From Oligoflexales bacterium (lineage in GTDB: Bacteria; Bdellovibrionota_B; Oligoflexia; Oligoflexales; CAIYRB01): 64,000 nt of DNA. Shown piece after piece: positions 50,916-60,052 of the stretch (position 1 is the first letter of the stretch; each line of letters begins with the position of its first letter). Under the pieces are notes generated by a model that was not told the DNA's origin, searched no databases, and worked only from the letters and a program-made list of their open reading frames with translations. The DNA lies in contig JBGSUI010000069.1 in the NCBI GenBank assembly GCA_041736175.1, forward strand, positions 1-64,000. Reading direction: 5' to 3'. The position numbers were made by a program, and so were the translations under genes.

Positions 50916-51755
50916 CTAGATTTTTTGGGCGGTCTCGCGGACCCAAGGTGCGTACTGTGACAAATTAGAGTAGATTCCAGTCGCTGCACACACTCCTGGA
51001 CCGCCCACAGTCGAACCAATCACGAGCAACTCACCATTTTTTTGTAGATACATTGGTCCCCCGCTATCTCCTTGGCATCCTCCAGAGACCCCGTCGTCAG
51101 ATTTAAATTGGATTAAACCAAACAGGTCCTGTGTGACTCTCCCTTCGAGAGGGGGTTCGGGGTAAATTTGGGAAATCCGCGTCTCGACCTGGTAGAGCAA
51201 CCCTGGATTGGAGTAAGGAGCCTTACTTCCCTTAGGGATAATACGTCCGTATCCTGCTAAGATCACTGGGTCACCTGCAGAAAAATCTGTCGGTAGCCCC
51301 ATTGCCACAGGTTGCATAAAGGCTGGAGCGTTGCGGTCGAGGCGTATCAGAGCAATGTCATAGGTCAACATAGGACTCGATGGGCTACTGAAGTTTTCAT
51401 GGGCGTAGGCCGTGCCACGAATCACTGTTGATCGATCGACTTGACCTAGGCCAAAACTGACGAAAACCCTCGGACTAACACAATGGGCCGCTGTGAGTAC
51501 TAGATCCTGTTCGATAAGCGTCCCTGAACAATAGGGAGTCCATCCCCCTTGAGGCAATGGTTGGACTAAACCAACAGTGCTCCAGGCAACAGGGTCGCTC
51601 GGCAACACTGCATCGCCGTTTGCGATTTTTGGTGTCGATTCTTGAGCAGAGGGACTTGTCTCCCCACATGAAATGATCGCTCCAGATCCGAGGAGGATGG
51701 ATAAAAACAGGCCACGTCTAACGTCACGTCCCTTAAGGGTCGTATGTTTTTTCAT
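50916..51755 (-). CDS. Trypsin-like serine protease, lipoprotein
   Basis: IANG, LTAAHC, DIAL and GDSGGP motifs. Confidence 0.93.
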   Translation of the reverse strand: MKKHTTLKGRDVRRGLFLSILLGSGAIISCGETSPSAQESTPKIANGDAVLPSDPVAWSTVGLVQPLPQGGWTPYCSGTLIEQDLVLTAAHCVSPRVFVSFGLGQVDRSTVIRGTAYAHENFSSPSSPMLTYDIALIRLDRNAPAFMQPVAMGLPTDFSAGDPVILAGYGRIIPKGSKAPYSNPGLLYQVETRISQIYPEPPLEGRVTQDLFGLIQFKSDDGVSGGCQGDSGGPMYLQKNGELLVIGSTVGGPGVCAATGIYSNLSQYAPWVRETAQKI

Positions 51756-51806
51756 TGGTATCCTCTTTGGTAATTTTAGTCGAGAAATTTTGCTAAAAGA
51801 TTGATA

Positions 51807-52826
51807 TTAATTTTCTAGATTGACCAAAGCTTTGCCGGTGTTTTCCCCTAAAAACAAGCCGCGAAAGGCCGATACGGCTTGGTCGATTCCATAAAACATA
51901 GTGGTCCGATCTTTGATCAAACCCTCACGAAGCCAGCCACTCATGTCCCTAACAAATTCGTCGTGGAGCTCTGAATGATCCGAGACGATAAATCCGCTGA
52001 CAGTCAGTCGCTTTGCTACGATTTGCATAAGATTAGCTGGTCCCGCGACCGACTTTGTTGCGTTGTATTGGGAAATGGCGCCGCAAGCAGCGATATGACC
52101 AAAGTCTTTCATAAAGTCCAAGGCTGCTTCCAGGTGATCTCCGCCAATATTGTCGAAGTAAACATCAAACCCCTCACCGGCGACTTTGGCAAGCTGGTCC
52201 CTGATGGGAGCTTTTTTGTAGTTGATGACTTGGTCAAAGCCGAGCTCGTCTTTTAAATAGCTGGCTTTTTCGTCCGAACCGCAGGACCCGACGACATAAC
52301 AACCCTTAATCTTGGCTATTTGCCCCACAAGCATACCTACTGCTCCTGCAGCTCCAGAAACAAAAACCCTTTGATTAGATTTTAGGTTTGCGATTTTGAG
52401 GAGGCCTACATAGGCTGTCATTCCTGGCATCCCGAGGGTTCCTAGCCAAATCTCTGGGGTCAATCCAGAGATTTCCGGAAGTTTTTTGAGATCGCTTCGG
52501 TCGTTGGCGGCGACAAAATAGTTGCGCCAACCGGAAAAATGGTTCACCAGGCTCCCCACAGGCAAATCGGCCCGTTGGCTGGCGATGACTCGGCCCACAG
52601 CGCCCCCCGTTAGGGCTTCTCCTAATGGAAATGGATCCACATAGCTGCGACGTCCCGTCATACGTCCGCGCATGTAGGGATCAACCGACATAAATAGATT
52701 TTTAATGAGGACTTCTCCAGGATTTAAGGCATCCGAAACTTTTGTATCAAGGATTTGGAAATCCTGATCTTGGGGAATCCCTTGAGGGTAGCTTTTTAAG
52801 ATGACTTCTTTGTTTAGATATTCCAT
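51807..52826 (-). CDS. NADP-dependent oxidoreductase (CurA/YncB-like MDR)
   Basis: SVDPYMRGRM, LGMPGMTAY, VSGAAGAVG and CGAISQYN motifs. Confidence 0.92.
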   Translation of the reverse strand: MEYLNKEVILKSYPQGIPQDQDFQILDTKVSDALNPGEVLIKNLFMSVDPYMRGRMTGRRSYVDPFPLGEALTGGAVGRVIASQRADLPVGSLVNHFSGWRNYFVAANDRSDLKKLPEISGLTPEIWLGTLGMPGMTAYVGLLKIANLKSNQRVFVSGAAGAVGMLVGQIAKIKGCYVVGSCGSDEKASYLKDELGFDQVINYKKAPIRDQLAKVAGEGFDVYFDNIGGDHLEAALDFMKDFGHIAACGAISQYNATKSVAGPANLMQIVAKRLTVSGFIVSDHSELHDEFVRDMSGWLREGLIKDRTTMFYGIDQAVSAFRGLFLGENTGKALVNLEN

Positions 52827-52900
52827 GGGTTTCTGCCTTTGCTTGAGCTGTGACTCGACGGAGCGTGGCTTAAGGCTTTAAGCTGCCCCGTTCCATGTAT

Positions 52901-52927
52901 ATTGCATACAAATAATATGTATGCAAT
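52901..52927. promoter_or_regulatory. Palindromic operator
   Basis: ATTGCATACA-N7-TGTATGCAAT perfect 10-bp arms. Confidence 0.65.
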
Positions 52928-53010
52928 GCAAATTCGCACCAATTATATATATCAAGTAAATACAGATAGTTATAATGATGTTCCTGGCCGAACCAATAAG
53001 GGGATCTTTT

Positions 53011-53667
53011 TCAGGATGTGAGTTTAGATGCTTTGACCAGGAGCTGTCCCCCAAGATCCCATTGCAGCATCGGGGGCAGAAAGCTTAAGGATTGAAGGGG
53101 TGCCTTCAGGGTTTGGACTTTAAATTGGGTCCGAGCGAGGAGAAAGGCCAAGCTATATTTAGAAAACAGAATGCGGTGTTGAGGATCATGGGCTCCTGAC
53201 CACCCTTTTGGATTTCTAAACCGTTCAAGAGATTGGATGTTTGGAGTTGTCATGTAAAGCTGACCCTCTGGAGCTAACAACTGATGACACTGCTCTAGAA
53301 AGAGAACCGGACTTTTGAGGTGTTCAATGATGTCGAACGCAAAGATAAGGTCGAACCTCGAGTGCTTAAGCTCGCCAGGCCACTGAGTGCCGTCGAGGTC
53401 GACCTGATAAAACTCCCAAAGGGAGTTGGCATGCACATCGGGAGGTGGAACCATATCGACACCTGCAGCGTTGCGGGCTCCTTGCCTGGCTGCAAGTTGG
53501 GGGAAGTAGCCGGAGCCACAACCAAGGTCCAGTAGACGGACCCCTGTGAACCCCTGAAAATCTAGAGTGCGAAGCCACTGTTCATGGACAATATCTGAGG
53601 GGCGCGGCTTGATAGGTTCGGGCGATCTAATGTTAGGGATGGAATTTTGTAGCAAAGGATACTCCAT
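53011..53667 (-). CDS. Class I SAM-dependent methyltransferase
   Basis: LLDLGCGSG, FD..IIEH and TTPN motifs. Start uncertain. Confidence 0.85.
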   Translation of the reverse strand: MEYPLLQNSIPNIRSPEPIKPRPSDIVHEQWLRTLDFQGFTGVRLLDLGCGSGYFPQLAARQGARNAAGVDMVPPPDVHANSLWEFYQVDLDGTQWPGELKHSRFDLIFAFDIIEHLKSPVLFLEQCHQLLAPEGQLYMTTPNIQSLERFRNPKGWSGAHDPQHRILFSKYSLAFLLARTQFKVQTLKAPLQSLSFLPPMLQWDLGGQLLVKASKLTS

Positions 53668-53858
53668 AGGGGATCGGATTAAAATGGATCTGGTTTTCGT
53701 AAAAACCCGTAGACTCATGCCCAAGAAGCATTTATCATCCAGAGTTTTCTGGGTTTTACCGTTTATCATGGGCATAATTCCGCAGGTGAACATTAGACGC
53801 AACAAGAAAACGCGCATTGGGTAAGCCCATCGCCCAATGTTTGAAAGGTTAATATCTC

Positions 53859-55250
53859 GTGTCGACTCAAGCTTCGCTTACGATCGCTCTCCATGCCGAT
53901 CATTTAGTCACGATGGATAGCCAGCGTCGGGAAATACCTGATGGTGGTCTTGTGACCAAAGACGGTGTTATTCGTTGGGTTGGCCCAAGTTCAGACCTAC
54001 CTGTGATCTATCGTCAGGCAATCGACGAGGGTCAGGCTGTCGTTTTACCCTGCCAGGGCTCGATCGTAACTCCTGGGCTCATAAACACTCATCACCATAT
54101 GTATCAAACGTTAACCCGAGCCTTGCCTGAAGCGCAAAACGCAGAGTTATTTGGTTGGTTGCAATCTCTCTATCCAATTTGGGCCGGACTCACCCCTGAA
54201 ATGCTGCGGGCATCATCCCTTACGGCCATGGCTGAATTAATGCTCTCAGGATGCACGACGTCTAGTGATCACCATTATATCTTTCCTAATGGCTGTCGTT
54301 TAGACGATTCCATCGATGCCGCCCTAACCATTGGGATGCGGTTCCATGCATCCCGGGGTAGCATGAGCGTTGGGCGAAGCCAAGGGGGGCTACCTCCGGA
54401 TAGCGTCGTTGAAAACGAAGATGAAATCCTTAAAGATACCCAACGGCTTATTGAGCGTTACCATGATTCTGATGTTTACGCCATGCTGCGCATTGTCGTA
54501 GCTCCATGTTCGCCGTTCTCCGTTTCCCAAAATCTTATGCGGGAATCCTCGCGTTTGGCCCGCCATTTCAGGGTCTCCATGCATACTCATCTCGCCGAAA
54601 GTGAAAATGATATCCACTATTCTCGCGAAAAATTCGCCATGACACCTGCCCAATATGCAGAGAATCTGGGGTGGGTTGGGCCAGATGTTTGGCATGCCCA
54701 CTGTGTAAAACTTGACCAGGAAGGAATGCAACTTTTTGCCCGCACCGGAACGGGAGTCGCCCACTGCCCTAGTTCAAACATGCGGCTGGCTTCAGGTATT
54801 GCTCCCATCCAAAAAATGCGGCAGCACGGAGTCGCTGTTGGTCTTGGTGTCGATGGGAGTGCCTCCAACGACAGTTCGCACATGCTGGCCGAAGTTCGTC
54901 AAGCAATGCTCTTGCAACGGGTTGGCTACGGTCCCTCAGCCATGAGCGCTAGAGAAGCCCTAGAACTCGCGACTCTTGGAGGTGCTAAAGTCCTCGGGCG
55001 CGATGATATCGGAGCCTTAGAGGTTGGCAAAGCCGCAGATTTTGTTGCTTTTGATGTACAAGGACTCGGCCACGCTGGTGCAGAGCTTGACCCGGTGGGA
55101 GCGTTGGTTTTTTGCACCCCCGCACCAGCAAAAACAGTCGTCATCAACGGCAAAGTCGTCGTTCAAGATGGAGTTTTGACTCGATTGGACGTCGGCAAGC
55201 ATGCAGCCCTGCACCGCCGCCTTGCGCGCCAACTGGTGCAAAAGATCTAA
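53859..55250 (+). CDS. 8-oxoguanine deaminase-like amidohydrolase
   Basis: PGLINTHHHMYQ, APCSPFSV, HTHLAE and GLGVDGSASND motifs. Confidence 0.9.
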   Translation: MSTQASLTIALHADHLVTMDSQRREIPDGGLVTKDGVIRWVGPSSDLPVIYRQAIDEGQAVVLPCQGSIVTPGLINTHHHMYQTLTRALPEAQNAELFGWLQSLYPIWAGLTPEMLRASSLTAMAELMLSGCTTSSDHHYIFPNGCRLDDSIDAALTIGMRFHASRGSMSVGRSQGGLPPDSVVENEDEILKDTQRLIERYHDSDVYAMLRIVVAPCSPFSVSQNLMRESSRLARHFRVSMHTHLAESENDIHYSREKFAMTPAQYAENLGWVGPDVWHAHCVKLDQEGMQLFARTGTGVAHCPSSNMRLASGIAPIQKMRQHGVAVGLGVDGSASNDSSHMLAEVRQAMLLQRVGYGPSAMSAREALELATLGGAKVLGRDDIGALEVGKAADFVAFDVQGLGHAGAELDPVGALVFCTPAPAKTVVINGKVVVQDGVLTRLDVGKHAALHRRLARQLVQKI

Positions 55251-55293
55251 GCGTGCAAAGCTTAACACTCTAAAAAAGGCAAAAATCCTTGTT

Positions 55294-55818
55294 TTAATCT
55301 CTAACGAGTCCAGGTGTTGTCAGGATGACCTCTTTGACCGCGGCATAATACTGCTGATATCCAGTGCAGCGGCAAATATGATCCCCAAGTCCTGCCAATA
55401 TGGCCTCATCGATACCGCTAGCAGAAATGGGATTTTTTTGCAGCTTATCAAGGATGACATAGGCTCCCATCAAAAATCCCGATGTTGAGTACCCGCATTG
55501 AAAGGCAAAGTTTTTTAAGAAGGAGTCTTGCAATGGATGCAGTTTTGTTCCATCGGCTAGACTTTCTGTTGTTTTAATCGAGGCTCCATCCAGGCTGCTG
55601 ACTGGGGTAATGCAGGCACGGGTTGCTTCATAGCTTTTTTCTCCCGCCCTTTTCACCGCGACGGTGCAGGCACGGCAGACACCGATTCCGCAGCAGACTC
55701 GGGTCGCTGTAAGGCCTTTGATTTCATGGAGGTAGTCGGCAAGCATCATCGATAGGTATGCTGTTTCAGAGATTTTAGTGTTGTTGAGTTGAAATGTAAC
55801 CTTTGTTTGGTCGCTCAT
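55294..55818 (-). CDS. (2Fe-2S) subunit of a xanthine dehydrogenase-family enzyme
   Basis: CG.GVCRAC, FQCGY and HICRCTGY motifs. Confidence 0.88.
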   Translation of the reverse strand: MSDQTKVTFQLNNTKISETAYLSMMLADYLHEIKGLTATRVCCGIGVCRACTVAVKRAGEKSYEATRACITPVSSLDGASIKTTESLADGTKLHPLQDSFLKNFAFQCGYSTSGFLMGAYVILDKLQKNPISASGIDEAILAGLGDHICRCTGYQQYYAAVKEVILTTPGLVRD

Positions 55819-58580
55819 CCTAAAGCTCCTTTCACTTTATCGGGACTGATGGGAAGCTCTCGAAACCTTTTACCTGTAGCATGGGCTATAGCATTGGCAA
55901 TAGCAGGTGCGACCGCGCATTCGACCACCTCTGACATACCCTTAGGCGGATCATTAGGAATAGGTTCTATCACATGGAGCTTAAAGCGATTTATTGGTAT
56001 GTCTCCCATAAGGGGTACACGATATCGTCCAAAATTCCAACCTCCCTCACCTGGACCACCCTTCGTTAAAGGTAGATTTTCGAATAGGGTTTGGCCTATT
56101 CCCATGGCGAGTGCACCTTGGGCTTGGCCCTCCACGATTTCAAGCTGACCCATTTGACCTACGTCGATATAACCTTCTGCTGCGTCGACTCTTACCACTC
56201 CGGTTTCTTTATTGACCGCCACGCCGACTAAGAGTCCATAGGGCGTGAACATATCAACACCAAACAGATTATTTTTAAATGGAGGCATTTGAACAGTTAT
56301 CCGATCGAGCAGGGTATAGCTCGAGTGGTGTGCAAGACGAAGTGCTAATGCATCAATGGGGAGTGTTTCTATGGCGTTACCAATCCTGAACGAGGCCTCT
56401 GCCCACTGGGAGCGATAATAGGCGTGGACCATAGCACCAGACACCATTTTCTGTTTATATAAATTTTCAACAAGAGCCTGCCAGCCAATTCTACGCTCAG
56501 AATCAATCCATATTTCGCCTTGTTTCCACTTTATGCGTTTTATATCAAATGTACGATTGCCGATATTTGCTAGGTTACAGGCCGCAGGCCAAACACCATG
56601 ACGAAGGACGAGGGTAGCTGCTTGGCGAACAGCATGACGCATTTGGTAGGCACCCGCACTTGCTGCCTGAGACATAGAAAGATAGGGGACCCAGCGGGGA
56701 TTTTTGGCTTTGGAATCTTCAGCGGCCTGGCTAGATTCGAAAGACGACGTCAGCCGCAAGGACTCAAAGTCCTCAGTGACTCCCATCAAGATTCGATCTG
56801 CATTGCGACCAAAAAGGTCTGCAACGGCCAGTGATAGGGTGGTCGCAACCCCATTGCCCATATCGATCCCATTGCTTTTCACGAGGACACGGCCATCTGC
56901 AGCTATTTCGACAGCTGCAAGACAGGCATCCAGATTGGTTCCATAACTTTTCAGCGCCAAGGCAAAACCAACACCATACATATTTTTTGAGTCCGACTTG
57001 GTTTTTTTGGATAACTCCCGTTCCACCCAAAATTTGGATGTTTGGGCAGCGCGGAGTACCTTCTCGCTTTGGATAACATAGGTCGGCTTGCCTCCCATGG
57101 TGGTATTTTGGAAGTTATTGAGCAGGTTTATAAGTCGTAGCTCAATCGGATCTAGCTTAAGCTTATATGCGGCTTGGTCTACTAAACTCTCCAAAGCAAA
57201 CATGGCCTGGAGCGTGCCAAAGCCGCGCATAGACCCTGCTGTTACGGCGATTGACGAGAGGGCTTGGGACTGGATATCAACCCTCGGAATGTAGTAGGCA
57301 GCGGTGGCATTTTGGGCAGCAACTGCCTGCACCGCAAAACTAAAGTTGTTTTGCCCTCCACCGTCCAGTTGAATATCTGTCTTTAATGCCTGGATCATAC
57401 CATCGTTGTCGACCGCTATCTTTTCCTGAATCCGAGCTGGGTGACGCTTGATACCCGCCTGAAACTGTTCAAATCGATTGTAAACGATCCGAATGGGTTT
57501 ACCATCCCCATAGACTGCTGCGATAGCAAGATAGAGAGGGAAATCAGAATGATCTCGTCCGCCAAAACCCCCTCCCGGATAACAAGCGTTTAACTTGACC
57601 GTTTGGACACGAAAAGAGCTGGTTTTATCTGCAAAAATCGTGGCACAGGCATCAGCATCTTCGTAGGGCGACTGGGTGCCAAGAGTGAGATGCAGCGTGT
57701 TTTTCTTTTTTTCGAACCAGGCTATGCCACTTTCACTTTCCATAAAGCATGGGTCGACCGATTGGGTTACGTAAGATTCACTGAAGATATGCCAACCTTG
57801 ATTCTGCATTTCCTGTTCAATAAGGTTGCCGTAGTAAACACAACGAGCATTGGTAGACCCTTTTGGATCGGGAGCCTCCCATGGTGGGGAACTCATGCCA
57901 TCTTGGGCTACTGAAAAGAGGTCTTTAGTAGGAGATTCTCGGTAGCGCGTCAATCGAGTCATTCCGTAGGAGGTTGGTTGACCTAGACTCGCTGTTGATC
58001 CCAATTGAACATAAGAACTAAGATCAAAAAATTTTGGTTCGATTGCAAGTAAAGCCAAGTAATCTTTGTTTCTGATAAAAGCGAGAGCCACAGGCTGTCC
58101 CAAATAATCAGGACGCCCGCCAGGAACCGCCATCATGATGCGGCCAAAATAAAACGGGATCTTAAGATGGTCTCGCACAAAATCCTGATGAGTGACAACT
58201 TTGAATACCTTAAGATCCTTTTCTAGTTTTGCGACATCAACCCCTAAAAAAATCCGATCTGCCGCATGGGCCCGCAGGACTAAAACACGGACTTCATCAG
58301 TCGGCCATCCCTGCATATCTGCCGCATGAAAATCTCTGCCATATATCTTGCGACCGGAGACTTTGGCTAGACCATCGTAGCGATGTCGTGCCTTGCCTGG
58401 ACCAGCACTCCATGCCGGTCCGGGATCTAAAATCTGATTTTTTTTATCATAGTCGGTTTGCTCCTTGGCTTCAGCATCGCCCTGGGCCAAGTACTTGACC
58501 ATCAAGGTTGCTGAAGCTAGCCCCGAACTGATGCCAATAAAGGTCCGACGGTTCTGTTTGTAGGCGTCCATCAGGTTCAT
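55815..58580 (-). CDS. Xanthine dehydrogenase-family molybdopterin subunit
   Basis: NRRTF Tat motif, GGGFGGR, MRGFG, DMGNG and KGMSE motifs. Confidence 0.9.
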   Translation of the reverse strand: MNLMDAYKQNRRTFIGISSGLASATLMVKYLAQGDAEAKEQTDYDKKNQILDPGPAWSAGPGKARHRYDGLAKVSGRKIYGRDFHAADMQGWPTDEVRVLVLRAHAADRIFLGVDVAKLEKDLKVFKVVTHQDFVRDHLKIPFYFGRIMMAVPGGRPDYLGQPVALAFIRNKDYLALLAIEPKFFDLSSYVQLGSTASLGQPTSYGMTRLTRYRESPTKDLFSVAQDGMSSPPWEAPDPKGSTNARCVYYGNLIEQEMQNQGWHIFSESYVTQSVDPCFMESESGIAWFEKKKNTLHLTLGTQSPYEDADACATIFADKTSSFRVQTVKLNACYPGGGFGGRDHSDFPLYLAIAAVYGDGKPIRIVYNRFEQFQAGIKRHPARIQEKIAVDNDGMIQALKTDIQLDGGGQNNFSFAVQAVAAQNATAAYYIPRVDIQSQALSSIAVTAGSMRGFGTLQAMFALESLVDQAAYKLKLDPIELRLINLLNNFQNTTMGGKPTYVIQSEKVLRAAQTSKFWVERELSKKTKSDSKNMYGVGFALALKSYGTNLDACLAAVEIAADGRVLVKSNGIDMGNGVATTLSLAVADLFGRNADRILMGVTEDFESLRLTSSFESSQAAEDSKAKNPRWVPYLSMSQAASAGAYQMRHAVRQAATLVLRHGVWPAACNLANIGNRTFDIKRIKWKQGEIWIDSERRIGWQALVENLYKQKMVSGAMVHAYYRSQWAEASFRIGNAIETLPIDALALRLAHHSSYTLLDRITVQMPPFKNNLFGVDMFTPYGLLVGVAVNKETGVVRVDAAEGYIDVGQMGQLEIVEGQAQGALAMGIGQTLFENLPLTKGGPGEGGWNFGRYRVPLMGDIPINRFKLHVIEPIPNDPPKGMSEVVECAVAPAIANAIAHATGKRFRELPISPDKVKGALG

Positions 58581-58642
58581 TTTAATCCCTTTTTAAAAAT
58601 CACATCTTGCGTTTGTTCACCGGGGCAAGAAATAATTTACTC

Positions 58643-60052
58643 CTAAAGTATGCTCAAGCCATCGACAATGCGAATGTCCACAGCTTTATAGCCGAGCTGT
58701 TCCAGCAAGGGCTGCACCTTAGCCTTGTCGCCCATCACATAGATAGAAGCCCCGGAAAGATTGAAGTAGGTGGCTCCCATCTGGGTGATCAGCGTTTCGG
58801 AAGCCTTCATAATCCACTGGTCCATTGTCTCTTGAAAATTCAAATCACGGTTAAAGGTTTTAGCGGCAAGAGCATCCGATAGGCGATCGGAGGGCAGCTC
58901 GCGACCTTCGCGCCACTGGGTCAGCATGTCGCTTTTTACCAGATCTGCAGTCGCTTGGTCGACCTTGACTTGGGCCTGGGCTTTAACCACCTCCTGGATG
59001 CCAGCCATAAGATCACGGAGCTTGTCGGTCGAGGCGAAAGAAGCCACCGACCAGTAACCTAAATCCTCGTTGACTCCCGAACCGACCCCATAGGTGAGCC
59101 CGCGCTCCTCCCGTAGGACTCTAAAAAGCGACCCCTGCATACCACCACCGAGGAGCTTGTTGGCAAGTTCAAGGGCAATCTGATCGTTGTTGTCCTTGGG
59201 AATCTTGCGACGCATAAGATAGAGCACCTGATTGTCAGTGGCTCCGGCACGATGTACCAATACGACTTTCTGAGGGCCCTGAGATTTGGACTCTTGGCTT
59301 GGGGGCGAAAAGGAGCGTTTTGCGCTTGTTTGACTGAGAAACCCCTCTCTTGCAAGCCTTGTATCCAGGATTTTCTGCCAGGTTCTAGGGTCCGATGGTC
59401 CAACAGCAACCGTGACCAAGTAACGGGCATCAAAAAGTATCGGAAGGGCTGCTTCGACCTTTTTGAAATCGACGTTTTTGAGACTCAAACGGGAAGGTGT
59501 TCCGTCGAGAACATCGGGGTGATAATTGAAAGCATCCCTCACAGCCACATAGCGCAGCGTCGACCCCATATCGTCCTCCCGCTGTGCCAAGTTCGCTTCA
59601 ACCTTGGCCCGTGCTAGCTGGTAGGTCTCCTGATCAAATTTGGGTTTTTTAAGGGTCTTAAGGGCCAGAACAAGGACATCGTCCAATCGATCATGGGGGG
59701 CGATGATGGAGGCTGATGCCAGACGGGCGCTCGTGGAGTAATGGATCTCGCCGCCTAAGAGAAAAAGCTCTTTTCGATAAGCTTCACTCGCCATCCCAGC
59801 CGGGCCTTCATCAAGTATGGCAGTGAGAATCTGACCTGCTCCCTGCTCTTCTTTGGGAAGGAGGCCGTTTCCTCCCTGAAAGGTGATCATCAAAAAGTCC
59901 CGGGGGGATCTTTTGTCCTGTTCCCCTATTAGATCTGCTCCATTTTTGAGTTTGAGGGTTGCAGCCTTTAAGAAAGGTCCGACTAGGACGGAGGCTAAGA
60001 CTCCATAGAACAGACTTTTGATTAGGAGTTTGCAAGGCGAACTTTGGGTCAT
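58643..60052 (-). CDS. M16 peptidase, non-catalytic subunit
   Basis: LGGG..LF.VLREERGLTY; no HxxEH. Confidence 0.85.
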   Translation of the reverse strand: MTQSSPCKLLIKSLFYGVLASVLVGPFLKAATLKLKNGADLIGEQDKRSPRDFLMITFQGGNGLLPKEEQGAGQILTAILDEGPAGMASEAYRKELFLLGGEIHYSTSARLASASIIAPHDRLDDVLVLALKTLKKPKFDQETYQLARAKVEANLAQREDDMGSTLRYVAVRDAFNYHPDVLDGTPSRLSLKNVDFKKVEAALPILFDARYLVTVAVGPSDPRTWQKILDTRLAREGFLSQTSAKRSFSPPSQESKSQGPQKVVLVHRAGATDNQVLYLMRRKIPKDNNDQIALELANKLLGGGMQGSLFRVLREERGLTYGVGSGVNEDLGYWSVASFASTDKLRDLMAGIQEVVKAQAQVKVDQATADLVKSDMLTQWREGRELPSDRLSDALAAKTFNRDLNFQETMDQWIMKASETLITQMGATYFNLSGASIYVMGDKAKVQPLLEQLGYKAVDIRIVDGLSIL

